In this document: positions 12,500 through 27,929 of the stretch, one piece after another
Layout: every line of letters begins with the position of its first letter
Numbering within the stretch: the first letter of the stretch is position 1
Assembly (NCBI GenBank): GCA_963693365.1
Contig: CAVNZM010000009.1
Coordinates: 6,974,171 to 7,038,170 of the forward strand
Length of the DNA: 64,000 nt
From: Amoebidium appalachense
Lineage: Eukaryota; Protista; Ichthyosporea
Reading direction: 5' to 3'
Notes under the pieces: model-generated
Seen by the model: only the letters and a program-made list of their open reading frames with translations
Told to the model about the DNA's origin: nothing
Databases searched by the model: none
Translations under genes and position numbers: made by a program

Positions 12500-12642
12500 T
12501 GGGGTTTATGCACTTTGTATTGCTGCGGATATCGTCAGGGGCCCAGCCTCAATTGACGGCCTACTGCGTTTTCCAGCGCAGCCAATCAAATGCAGCTAGT
12601 GACTTATGTACACTATATGCAATAAAACAACCCTAGTATAGA
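12500..12642 (-). mobile_element. 3' tail of non-LTR family B, separated from its RT ORF by the family A insertion
   Basis: The reverse complement (…catttgattggctgcgctggaaaacgcagtaggccgtc…taaacccca) aligns to 51700-51808, where it follows the family B RT C-terminus without interruption. Confidence 0.8.
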
Positions 12643-12841
12643 TGGGGTTTACGCTGTTTACTCGAGGCAAAGAGAACCAGTCTCAGGTATGGGGGGGGGG
12701 GGGGGTTTGCTCGGAATATCCCCTCAGCGGTATATCATGATCACGTACATAGATGTCGGGTGGTGACTATATATCAGGGTTTACTTTCTCTACGAGACAC
12801 CATAAAGACTACAAGGAGAAATCAATTAGTTGGGGTTCCCC

Positions 12842-12878
<37 letters not shown>

Positions 12879-12910
12879 GGGCTCCCCTCGGGACACTCGG
12901 TATCAGCTGG

Positions 12911-12961
<51 letters not shown>

Positions 12962-14192
12962 TGTGTGTGTGTGCGCGTGCGCTATAATTTTGTAGTGATG
13001 TGTTTCTCAAGCCAATCAATACATCTAATAAACAGGTCGTAGTTACGCGTGTTTAGTATAAAATCAAGGATGTTGTAATTTACAGGTAGGCTATCTTTCT
13101 GGGTGTCTGTTGTGAATGTGACGTGTGTGTGTTGCGGTATTATGTGGTCTATCAAACTACATTTGGCGATACATGACCGGTTAAACTGGTGTGTGTGTGT
13201 GTTGTTTGGGCATGCAAATGATGCCACCTTATACTTATTAGATCTCCACTGTATAGCACGTGTACAGTAAAAGCGTGGTAATTGATCAATAATACCATCA
13301 GCTAGAGAAAGACCAGTTCTACAGGAAGGTAATATGTATTTAGGTGTTATACACTTGCGAGTGCCATATTTGGCAATATGGTTGAGGCGGTCAGTATATA
13401 TAAAACGAGACATAAGGCTTAGTTTTTCAAGGTGTATGCTTTCATCGGGTCTAGTGTCGTGTGGTATCTTTTTCCATTTGTTATATTGCGTGATTATCTT
13501 GTGATTGTGTACATGTTTAATAAGTAAGTGGCAGTCCAAAGTCACACACACACTATTGCGGGGTTTATTTGTATTTGTGCCCAGGGGAGAAGGGGAGAGA
13601 GAGGGGAGGAAAGAGGGGAGAGGTGAGGAGGGGACAGGTCGGATAGAGAAGAGAGGGTGGGAGGGCAAATACTTCTTTAAGCGGCTTATGTGCTTATTGA
13701 ATTTCAGCGCGAGATAGGATACTCTAGCAGCTATTGGGACCAGACCATATATCGAGAGCGTTACAGGCCCAGGTTTACAACAGTTGTTAGATAGAAAGGA
13801 GGCAACTTCTGCTTCAAGGAAATTTGCCAAGGGTTTAAGCGCTCTAGTTCTCTCTTTCTTGATCCAAGCGGCGAGAAGGGGTAAACCATATTCACATGCC
13901 GGGAAGACAAAAGTGCGAATAAATGTAAGTCTAATAGAAGGATGGAGGGGTGTGTCTTTAAAAATATTAGCCGAGAAGAAAGCTAACCGCTTACGAGCCA
14001 ACTCTACCCTCTTTTCGACCATATGGGGAAACATAACACCAACAGAATCAACCGGAACACCAAGATATTTGTATTCTGGAACTATAGGTACAGGTTTAGA
14101 TGATAATGTAAATGTGTGTAAATTGTTAGCTATATCAGGTACAAGAACACCACATTTGTCTATGTTAAGGATCATAAGGTTTGCCTTGCACC
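12643..14192 (-). mobile_element. 5'-truncated non-LTR retrotransposon family A (RT C-terminal part/thumb plus Cys-rich C-terminus, ORF 12982-14175)
   Basis: LNIDKCGVL...YKYLGV RT motif and C-terminal WR...C...FNRSCIAKC. The 3' UTR has (CA)n, an internal A-run and ~200 nt ending gcgtaaacccca. The translation is identical to the 16571-17764 copy. Confidence 0.9.
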
Positions 14193-15604
14193 TATGGACA
14201 AGCAGAAGCTAGCATTGGTAGCTCCGAGAGAAAGTTAAGACACCGTATCACAATATCATACTGTGCAGCATTAATAAGGTGATCTTACACGGTCATTTTA
14301 TAACGGATATACTGGGGGACAGAAGTAGAAAAGAGAATAAAGCCGCCCATAACCTCCGGTTCTAACACATTAGCTAACAGGTCACACTTATTGATAGATA
14401 TGCATCCGCGAGTAAACCGCCCCCCACACATATTACACATACGAGCAGGAGACACCAAAAACCGTTTACAACGCCAAGACATAATCATCTTTGCATATTT
14501 ATACGACACAACATCATGAATAAACGAATCTATATAGGAGCGAGATTGTCTAACCGTATCCGCCATATAGGCTACTAGTAGTTGCCGTATCCGCCATATA
14601 GGCTACTAGTAGTTGCCGGGTGTTTTTGCTGACCTAACACTGGGAGGGACTCGACACGTAAAGTAAAAAGGTATCTATCAGCCATAGACTTAAAACTATT
14701 TATAGTCACACTATGGTCCAGCCGTACATCCGGTGCAGTCGCCAGCCACTCCGCATATCGCTCGACAATGGGCAGAGACGATGTGGACTGGGAAGAGGTA
14801 GAGGGACGAGTCCGGCGGGGATGCGTGTAGCCGGAAGAGTGGATTGGTCGGGGCAATGGCGGATAGGCGGATGATGTGCTCGTGAAATTTAAGGGCCAAT
14901 TCGTGTATGCGTTGTGATGGTGGTGTGAGTGCGTATAAAGAATCGAAAAGGCGTCTAGAAATGGGTGTGGAAAGGCCAGTAAGAAACGTACAAGTTGTGT
15001 AGTGGAAGTCATCTAGTGATTGGAGAACATTTGCAACGGTATCAGGGGGTGCCATAGCTAATAAAGGCAACCCGTACTCAGACAAAGGGCGAATAAAGGT
15101 GCGAAATATACTAAGACGGTTGTGTAAGTGTACAGTAGTAGAAAGATTAGCAAGATACACATCCCTAAATAAACGAAGACACCTGCCTGCACTCTCCACC
15201 CGACGGTGGACCATCCGTTTAAAACATATGCCCCACTCATCCACCGGAACCCCCAAATACTTATATTCGATCGGGCGAGGGAGGGGACTGCCGAATATAC
15301 AAACGTCGTCCCATGCCGGTATCGATTTTGATAAAAGGGCACACTTTTTGACGTTAACCTTCATATCGTTGCGCTGGCACCAATGTTCAACCACACGACA
15401 ATAATGTCGTAGTTCGATAGGATCGGATGACATAAGCACAATATCGTCGGCAAAAAAGAGGGCGGGGGGAGCCTGGGATGGCAACCCCCCATCAATTTGT
15501 GCCGCAGAAAGAGCGTCGGCTAAATCATCAATATGCAGGTTGAAAAGAAGTGGGCTTAGCAGGGACCCTTGAAGTACCCCGCGCGTGCGGGGATAGCCGC
15601 CCAT
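14192..15604 (-). pseudogene. Disrupted non-LTR retrotransposon family B reverse transcriptase
   Basis: RGVLQGSLLSPLLFNLHIDDL...LFFADDIVLMS...VNVKKC...YKYLGV are LINE-type RT motifs. It continues via frameshifts, a 31-bp tandem duplication (~14555-14616) and a stop into WRCK...CNMCGGRFTRGCI...C and DHLINAAQYDIVIRCLNFL...P*, with the stop at 14192-14194. Confidence 0.9.
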
Positions 15605-15760
15605 TAATCAGGAGTCATGGGGCGAGTGGCCGAGCGAGACCGAAGTTATTTCGGCGAGCCGTCGGTTATTTTGGCGAGCCGATAGGCGAGCCAAAATAAT
15701 CGACAAGGCGAGCCGAAATAACGAGGTCCAGCGAGGACACGAGCCGACATGATCCGGTTA
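15605..15760. repeat. Long imperfect palindrome with repeated GGCGAGCC motifs
   Basis: Nested arms gttatttcggc/gccgaaataac and gtcggttattttggc/gccaaaataatcgac around the centre ggcgagcc-gata-ggcgagcc. Confidence 0.75.
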
Positions 15761-16428
15761 CGATATGACCCATAAAGATTTAGCATTCACTTTATTGATA
15801 CATTATGCAAACTTTAACTCGGTTATTTGATTCATATATCATTACATTCACATTTCAGGCTCATTTTCCTTTGATTGGCTAGCAGCGCACTCACCCATTA
15901 ACCCGGTTATTCGATTCCTCTAACCCAATAGAAATGTCCATAGCCTGGTTATTTCGGTGAGTGCGCTCTAGGCCAATCACGGCAAGACTAACTGAAGTTA
16001 AAGGTCGTGTCGTCATCCAATCAGATCACACCCCGACGCTCGGAATATCGTAACCACCGATCTGTTTATATATATCGCGAGGGTGATCTAAGCAGGTGAT
16101 TTTGAAGCAATACAAAAACGTTTAATACCAATCTCAATGCTGATTGGATACATCTAGATGTCTTGTCGGGACAACTATTGGTTAGATACGCACCCTGAGG
16201 AATTCGGCGCCATTGGGTGTCAAAAGAGTCACGGACGAAAGTTGATGCGGCTGAGTAGATTGAGCTGTGCGTACTGCACTGTACACGTACAAAATAAATT
16301 TGCTGCACATATATGTCTCATAAAGTAGAATAAAAGCCATATTCACCTGTAAATTTGATTATAGAGTTAGCGGGACTGGTCAAAATCACATTTACCGGTC
16401 GATGACGTGACTCCACGACACATGTACA

Positions 16429-17784
16429 TTGCAGGCGTCTAGGGGTACGGGCAAGGAGGGACAGATCATCTGCACTTCTCTATGCTGATGATCTGTCCCT
16501 CCTTGCCCGTACCCCTAGACGCCTGCAAAGATTGTTCGATGTAGTGTCAGAGTGGTGCAAGGCAAACCTTATGATCCTTAACATAGACAAATGTGGTGTT
16601 CTTGTACCTGATATAGCTAACAATTTACACACATTTACATTATCATCTAAACCTGTACCTATAGTTCCAGAATACAAATATCTTGGTGTTCCGGTTGATT
16701 CTGTTGGTGTTATGTTTCCCCATATGGTCGAAAAGAGGGTAGAGTTGGCTCGTAAGCGGTTAGCTTTCTTCTCGGCTAATATTTTTAAAGACACACCCCT
16801 CCATCCTTCTATTAGACTTACATTTATTCGCACTTTTGTCTTCCCGGCATGTGAATATGGTTTACCCCTTCTCGCCGCTTGGATCAAGAAAGAGAGAACT
16901 AGAGCGCTTAAACCCTTGGCAAATTTCCTTGAAGCAGAAGTTGCCTCCTTTCTATCTAACAACTGTTGTAAACCTGGGCCTGTAACGCTCTCGATATATG
17001 GTCTGGTCCCAATAGCTGCTAGAGTATCCTATCTCGCGCTGAAATTCAATAAGCACATAAGCCGCTTAAAGAAGTATTTGCCCTCCCACCCTCTCTTCTC
17101 TATCCGACCTGTCCCCTCCTCACCTCTCCCCTCTTTCCTCCCCTCTCTCTCCCCTTCTCCCCTGGGCACAAATACAAATAAACCCCGCAATAGTGTGTGT
17201 GTGACTTTGGACTGCCACTTACTTATTAAACATGTACACAATCACAAGATAATCACGCAATATAACAAATGGAAAAAGATACCACACGACACTAGACCCG
17301 ATGAAAGCATACACCTTGAAAAACTAAGCCTTATGTCTCGTTTTATATATACTGACCGCCTCAACCATATTGCCAAATATGGCACTCGCAAGTGTATAAC
17401 ACCTAAATACATATTACCTTCCTGTAGAACTGGTCTTTCTCTAGCTGATGGTATTATTGATCAATTACCACGCTTTTACTGTACACGTGCTATACAGTGG
17501 AGATCTAATAAGTATAAGGTGGCATCATTTGCATGCCCAAACAACACACACACACACCAGTTTAACCGGTCATGTATCGCCAAATGTAGTTTGATAGACC
17601 ACATAATACCGCAACACACACACGTCACATTCACAACAGACACCCAGAAAGATAGCCTACCTGTAAATTACAACATCCTTGATTTTATACTAAACACGCG
17701 TAACTACGACCTGTTTATTAGATGTATTGATTGGCTTGAGAAACACATCACTACAAAATTATAGCGCACGCGCACACACACACA

Positions 17785-17835
<51 letters not shown>

Positions 17836-17867
17836 CCAGCTGATACCGAGTGTCCCGAGGGGAGCCC

Positions 17868-17917
<50 letters not shown>

Positions 17918-18114
17918 GGGGAACCCCAACTAATTGATTTCTCCTTGTAGTCTTTATGGTGTCTCGTAGAGAAAGTAAACCCTGATATATAGTCACCACC
18001 CGACATCTATGTACGTGATCATGATATACCGCTGAGGGGATATTCCGAGCAAAACCCCCCCCCCCCATACCTGAGACTGGTTCTCTTTGCCTCGAGTAAA
18101 CAGCGTAAACCCCA
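16429..18114 (+). mobile_element. 5'-truncated non-LTR family A copy including the catalytic YADD motif; 42-bp fold-back at the 5' end; candidate TSD catgtaca
   Basis: The frame from 16472 reads ALLYADDLSLLARTPRRLQRLFDVVSEWCKANLMILNIDKC... to the stop at 17764. Same 3' UTR as 12643-14192. cacatgtacat flanks both sides (16419-16429 and 18113-18123). Confidence 0.92.
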
Positions 18115-18532
18115 CATGTACATGTACATGTGATTGCTTATCTCGAGGCGTGCCTAGTGTGAGCCTGCGTGCACGATGTCGAACTCTGGTGTCTCAGGCT
18201 CTCAGCCTCCCGCCTTTGAGATCAACTCGGTCCCTCCCCCCCCTCCCCCCCCCCCCCCCCCCCCCCCCCATTCCCCACCCACCAAACCCTTCCCACGCCC
18301 CACTCCCCCCCCTGCCCCCCCCCCCCCCCCCCGGCCCTGTACGCGCACACACACACGCACAGCTCACACGCACACGCACACGCACGCGGCCCAAACGCGC
18401 ACACAGACACACATAGGTGACACCATAGGGCAGTCAGATGAACTTGAGCGCACACACGCACACGCGCACACGCACACCGTACACACACACACACACGTGT
18501 ACACACACACACACACACACACACGTACATGT

Positions 18533-18570
<38 letters not shown>

Positions 18571-19158
18571 ACACACACACGCATGTACACATGTGTATAT
18601 ACACACACTTATTCCCGTAAGAAAACTTCAAAAAAAATTAGGAATATGCTCGTGGCCCACAAAAGTTCAAAGCGGCAGGCTGGCTCTAATTAGTAGGGGA
18701 AAGTCCCAAAACCGGGGAAATCCGGAAGATGACGCTATCATCTTGGCGGTGACAATTATCCATTATATATGAGTCGAATATAAGCAATTAAAGTTAGTTA
18801 AACCAATCAAAACTTTAAACTGCTGCTTTATAAAGCTAAGAGCGAATGAAATTGTTTCTGATATCATCCTTTGCACTCCGGAATTTACTTACCATATATG
18901 GCAAACTTCCAAGAACAACGAACTATATAACCAGAGCCTTCGCCGTCTAAAAACCCAGAACATTTCTTGTCACAAGTGTCACCACCAAAAGTTGTTTTTG
19001 CTTATAGAGCATTTTCTTTTTCGGCGTTTCTTCTCTTACCTATAAAGCTCTCGGTCAACTAACTCTAGGAGAAGCGTTTAAAGCTTTTTAAAGGCTCTCT
19101 TCCGATCCCATTGATATTTGATAGATCCTCAACACCAAATCACCTGCTAAAAACCACA

Positions 19159-22226
<3,068 letters not shown>

Positions 22227-22272
22227 GCTGAGTGTGTCTGTGTAGAGAAGGGTGTGGGTGTATTTTTAGGGT

Positions 22273-22308
<36 letters not shown>

Positions 22309-22751
22309 CTCCCCTCGATTGGTACCCCTACCTCGTTTTTTTTTAATTTTATTGTTTTTATTTTTAATTTTATTTTATTTTATTTTTTTTTGGGGGGGGG
22401 GGGGGGGTTGCTATATTAAAAATTAAGATAAACTAAAAAAAATTAACCATTATTTTGGCTTTTTTTTTCCCCACTTTTCTTTGGTTGTTTCCATGGTGCC
22501 TGCCACTCACTTCTCAACATCATCCCCCCCCCCCCCCCCCCCCCCCCCCCTCCCTCCCCTCTTCCCCTCCCTCCCCGGCGGGGCCAAAAAAAAAAACAAG
22601 AAAACAAAAAAAAAAACCACCACCACCACCACTCTAAGGTATTGTCATACTCCTGCTTTCCGGCCAGATTTTTTTTTTTTAACATCATGGTTAGGTTAGG
22701 TCTCAGTGAGGCTACTATATATATCAACACCGAATGGTTTAGCCATTAGTG

Positions 22752-22817
22752 ATTTATTTAGTGAAATGTTTAGCTTAGAGCGTGTACATGATACGCTAAA
22801 CATTTCACTAAATAAAT
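22752..22817. repeat. Perfect 23-bp inverted repeat (hairpin), possibly part of a small DNA element
   Basis: atttatttagtgaaatgtttagc ... gctaaacatttcactaaataaat with a 20-nt spacer. Confidence 0.8.
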
Positions 22818-23393
22818 TTGAATTCCCGGTGTAAATTAATTATTTTTCTCAAATAAAAAAGTGCTTTGGCTGTCTACTATTAAAACATGAAAATGAAAAT
22901 GAAAATGAAAAAAAAGAAAAAAAGCTGGCTATATCACCACTGTATAGTATAAATTGTAGTGAAATCCGCTTGTCAAGAGACCACATCTGGTTGGGCCACC
23001 GGGTAAACCTATGCAACATCGGGAATATAAGAAGATTAAATATAATATTTCGCTGGTGACCCAATCACGGCTAAATGTGTCTGTGTCTAGGAGGAGTGTG
23101 CACGTGCTCCGGCCGAACGCCGCACGTACACATGCCTATGTGTATGTGTATGTGTGTGTGCGGCTTTTGTGTAAAGTGTTATAATTCAAAATTCTTATGA
23201 CCCACATGTATCACGGTGGTATGCGGGCCATAACACACAACTGTAGTTGCACACGTAAATATATCATTCAAACCGGGAATTTCACTTGTGAAAACTTCTA
23301 AGTGACTGAAGCTATAAGTTGTCCCCTCGTTAAATGCATTTCAACTTGATCCATGATCCCCCCCTTCTCTCCATTCCCTCCTTTCCTTCCCCT

Positions 23394-23430
<37 letters not shown>

Positions 23431-23614
23431 ACCACCCCCCTTCCCATCCCCCCTCCTCCCCCCCACCTCTAGATCTCTCCCTCCTTTTTGATCCTTTTTT
23501 TTTTTTTTTTTTTTTTTTTGGTGCCTCATATCACACCGCGTTCACGTGAGCACCAGTCCTCTTCCTAGCTCGCAAAAAGTTGCATGCAAGTGGACACATA
23601 CACCATAATAACAC

Positions 23615-23667
<53 letters not shown>

Positions 23668-24165
23668 AAAGCTACACGTCCGTTGGGTCTTTGATTTGCA
23701 TTTACTAACCGATTGACGGGCCCACCCTAGATCCCCCCCCCCCCCCTCCCCCTCCGCACCCCTCCCCCCCCCCTCCACCCCCTCCACCCCCCCCCCCCCC
23801 CCCGCCCCCCGCCCCCCCCTCCCCTCCCCCCTCCCCCAAGGCTCCCCCCCCCCCCCCCCCCGCCCTCCCCTCCCCTCCCCCCACCCCTCCTCCCCTCCAC
23901 CCCCCCCCTTCCCCCCCTGCCCCCCCTCCCCTCCCCGCCTCCCCGAGGCTCCCCCCCCCCCCCCCCCCCCCCCCCCCGAGGCCCCCCGGCCTCCCCTCTC
24001 TCTCTCTTGATCTGCCCCTTTGACACCCACCCACCCACCCACCCACCGGCCGTACCCGCATTCACCCACCCACCCAAACACCCACGCACACACTCATCCA
24101 CACCCCTTATCCCCCTTACCCACCCACCCACTAAACATCACCACCCTGCGGCCGTCCTCCCCCCT

Positions 24166-24205
<40 letters not shown>

Positions 24206-25825
24206 TTCCCCCCTCCCCCTCTTCCCCCGGGGACCGTAGCTGACCGAAGACCAGTGCAAAAGCACCACCCACTCTCACCGGTTTGTGGGGGGGGGGGGGG
24301 GGGGTATGGGGGCACCTGCTGAAAGGGGGGCAGGGGGGGGGGGGGGGGGGGGGTCCCCTCCTTCCCGGGGTGGGAGGGACCCACCTGGGCTGGTGGGATG
24401 GGGGGTCCCCCCTTCCCCTCCTTCCCCCCTTCCCCCCTTCCCCCCCCACTGAACCATGAATTAGTGCACCTGCTCACCTTGCAATGTTCTTGTGGATGTC
24501 TCAGGCAGGGAATATATGTGTGTCAGATGTGCCACGGGGTGAGTGTGTCTGCATGTTCATGCCTTGTGCACGTTGCTGGTTTGTGCACCACGTGCGCGCA
24601 TGTTGTGCATGTGTGTACAGGTAAATGTGAAAGTGTGTAGATGTGTGTGCGCAGGCGGTGGGGATACCGCAGACGAGATTCAATCCCGCCCAGGCCCACG
24701 AAGGGAGGGGAGAGGGGGGGGGGGGGGGGGGGGTCGAGCATATGACAGTAGGCTGTAGCCTGAGTTTCAGGTAATCAAGGAGATCTAGTAGTAACACCTT
24801 CAATGTTTATGTTTTGCGAACTTGTATGGCACTGAATGGCTGCAAATTCATAGTATTACTGTTTTATACGATCAGACAGGCTGAGATAGTCATTGCAACA
24901 TGTGAGGTGGGTGGTCCCTCAGGGGGGGAGGGAGGGGAGGGGGGACCCACCTGTCCGAAGCAGGTGCCCCCCCCCCCCCCCCCCCTGCCCCCGCTTCCCC
25001 CCCAGTTACTACTACCTTCCCCCCCCCCCTCCCCCTCCCCCCACCCTTTCAAAATCAAGAATCCCACACACGTTCATCAATCCTAACTACCCTCCTTCCA
25101 TTCAGACGTTTTGCACTCCCAGGTCTTTGCAACTCGCCTGTAGATGGTGACCGGGAGATTTCCGAGCCCGCAAGGACCCCACTCGCTCGAGCTTTTTGTT
25201 TGTTAATATGTGAACGTTCCTGTGCTACGCCGTCAGCTTTCTGAAACATTGGCGTGCACTAATAAGATTGGTTCGCTTTAAGGGTTAAGCCTCCACGTTG
25301 CGATGCAACGAATTACTAACGTCATAAATTTGTGGCCGAGATTATGAAAATTATGACGTTGGTATAGATTTCAGTGACCACGTTGTCGGTGGCGATCGGC
25401 CATCCGCACCTGGGGAGCCAATCAAAGCGAGTGCACTAATAAGCCTCTTTTTTTCCTTTTATAATTTGCCCTTTTCAAAATTTGGGCAGCGTCATGCAAG
25501 ATGTACTGTGTAACGAGAAATGCCGACTTTAGGCACAATGCTGCACAAAAGGCACAAATTTGGATGCACACCACAGCCCGTATGTGAAAACCCGGCATGC
25601 CTAATATTGAATAGCCTATAGCTATGCGGGTCATGATGTGTGTGTGTGCATAAAGCGTCTCCATGTGTATTTTGTCACGGTCCGGGGTTAACGTTGTTTG
25701 TGTGCATAGTGCATGCATGCCAGCGTACTTGTGACCTTGAGGCAAATTTTTATGGCCACAAAGTGTGCGATCACTCAGGCATGGGGCACGCGAACAAATG
25801 GGCTTCACCTTTAAACGCCCACAAA

Positions 25826-25860
<35 letters not shown>

Positions 25861-27011
25861 CCCGCCCCGCCCTTTTTTCCTCCCTCTCCCTCATTGGGTC
25901 CCTCCCTCCCCCCCTCCCCCCTTCCCCCCCCCCCCCCTCTCCCCCCCCCCCCTCTCCCCCTCCCCCCCCTTCCCCCCTCCCAAAAAAAACCCCACAGAAA
26001 AATAGAGATAAAAAAAAAGCCCACCGACCCCACCTCCCACCCAAGTATGCAGCCGGGGCCGCCGGCCTCAGCCCTCGAGTGCACAACCAATCCCCAGGTC
26101 ACTTCATTCCATAACTACATTAGAGGCGCCAAAAAACACTTTAACACACGTGAAAATAAAATAAAAATAAAAATAATTAAAAATAAAAATAAAAATCTTG
26201 ACAATGCCATGGCATGACCACCCACAGAATGATTACGCAAAAGCGATCGTGCGCGCTTATGTTTTATTTTTGTCGCATTCATTACCCTCCCCCCCCCCCC
26301 CCCCCCCTCCCACGGCCCTCTGAAAAAAAGAGGGCCGAGGGCCGTGCCCCTCTCCCCCCTTCCCCGCAATGGTTTCTGATGTTATATATAATATGATAAA
26401 AGCCAAAAATAACAAACTAAAGTTTTAGCAAACAAACACTGTTGAAGAAACAGGAAGAAAGAAAGAAAATGAAAATGAAAACTCGAATGGATTCACGGAA
26501 ATCATCCATACATGCATCACTGCATGCACAAGTTTGGTTATGTATGTATTAAAACAATCATCATTAGAAGTTCGGGATACGTCTTGTGTTATATATTAGC
26601 TTCTGTCGAAGCACATCTCACTATTGTGGTATGTACACTGTTTTCCGTAAATTTGGGACCGGATTTCGTTACTACACTAGTGCCACAGGCACACATGCGC
26701 TATGTCCTAATTTTTTGCTTTGGATACTACGGTATCTACCAAATTCCGAACACAATAGTATATCTTGCTAGAAAACCTCATGTCTCAATAATGCTATAGC
26801 CGGTGTCGTCAGTAGGCATTATGCATAGGACCACGGCATACAAAACCTTGAACTATGAATATGGACCGCGTAATTATGAACAATTAATATTGGGCGATCT
26901 TTTTCACCGTAGCCCATACTTTTGACACTTAACGCAAAAATGCCAAACTGTATTACGTATTCATATTTTCTATCTATGCTGCCGCGTTTTCTTTAGTCGT
27001 AGTAGCTGAAT

Positions 27012-27929
27012 TTACGGCATGCTCGTGACGAGATCCAGTAAATCGCTGCAAATTTGCGTGTCCATGTTTCCGACCTGGGCTTCGATAAGTGCATCATCGA
27101 TCAAGTTAAAGGCAACTTCCGAGCCATTTTCCTCGAAATCGAGAATTGCCTGCATGTCCCACCCACCGGAATTGAACGAATCGACGTTGTTTGCGAGCAT
27201 GTTTGAAGAATCTCCGGGCTTCATAACATTTACGCATTGAACAGAGACAGGCGAACCCAGAGGGGAGGGCTCAGGGGAGACGAGGTATGGGGTTGGTTGA
27301 GGCGTGATTGTAACGGGGCTGATGGTAACGTATGAAACCTGCGGCGTGTAGTCCATGCTGTTGGGAAACCGAGAGAAGTTTGTGTGTTGAATGGGAAGGG
27401 AAGACGCCCTCCCAAGAGAAAATGTGTCGTAACTTGCAGACACTCCGACGGGGTTGTTTACATGTACATGTGTGGAAAAGGGGTGGGGCGGTCTTTGAAC
27501 CGGGCGGACAAGTGTGCCAGAAACGGGAAGCTGCCTGTTGATAATACCGTACGGGTGGTGCATTTGGTGTGGGGGGGAGGACATTGGTGAAAACGTGCCT
27601 ACAGGAACATCGTTTAGGCTGAAACTCCGTCCTAGAGAGTTGACATCGCGCAGATCCACGGGGGTACCGTCCTGAGACAAAAGCACTGCCTGCCCGTTCG
27701 TTTTACGACAGTTTAGATTGTGGTTTGCCTTAACGTGATATTGGAGAGAGCGAAAGTTTTCATAACGGCGTTGGCAACCCGGAACAGGGCAGTGGTTTGT
27801 GCGCGAAAGCTCGTCAGCTGTTCGTCTCCTGCGCGGGCGCATGGAACTCATCGAGCTAGAGCTTAGCGTGCTCATTGTGGGCCTTGAAATTACTTTGGCC
27901 GCCATTTTCTCTTTTTTGCCTATTAACAT
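27012..27929 (-). CDS. Intronless single C2H2 zinc-finger transcription factor (reminiscent of the fungal Con7-type finger)
   Basis: RPRRRRTADELSRTNHCPVPGCQRRYENFRSLQYHVKANH gives a basic region plus C-x4-C-x12-H-x4-H. S/P-rich middle and acidic/hydrophobic activation-like C-terminus. The start may be the second ATG at 27905. Confidence 0.8.
   Translation of the reverse strand: MLIGKKEKMAAKVISRPTMSTLSSSSMSSMRPRRRRTADELSRTNHCPVPGCQRRYENFRSLQYHVKANHNLNCRKTNGQAVLLSQDGTPVDLRDVNSLGRSFSLNDVPVGTFSPMSSPPHQMHHPYGIINRQLPVSGTLVRPVQRPPHPFSTHVHVNNPVGVSASYDTFSLGRASSLPIQHTNFSRFPNSMDYTPQVSYVTISPVTITPQPTPYLVSPEPSPLGSPVSVQCVNVMKPGDSSNMLANNVDSFNSGGWDMQAILDFEENGSEVAFNLIDDALIEAQVGNMDTQICSDLLDLVTSMP

Noticed and set aside
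12643-18114. A single TIR/DIRS/Polinton-type element with 1.5-kb terminal inverted repeats
   Set aside because: The arms are separately truncated LINE copies: the right one has its own candidate TSD and the left one splits family B. No transposase, tyrosine recombinase or polymerase lies between them.
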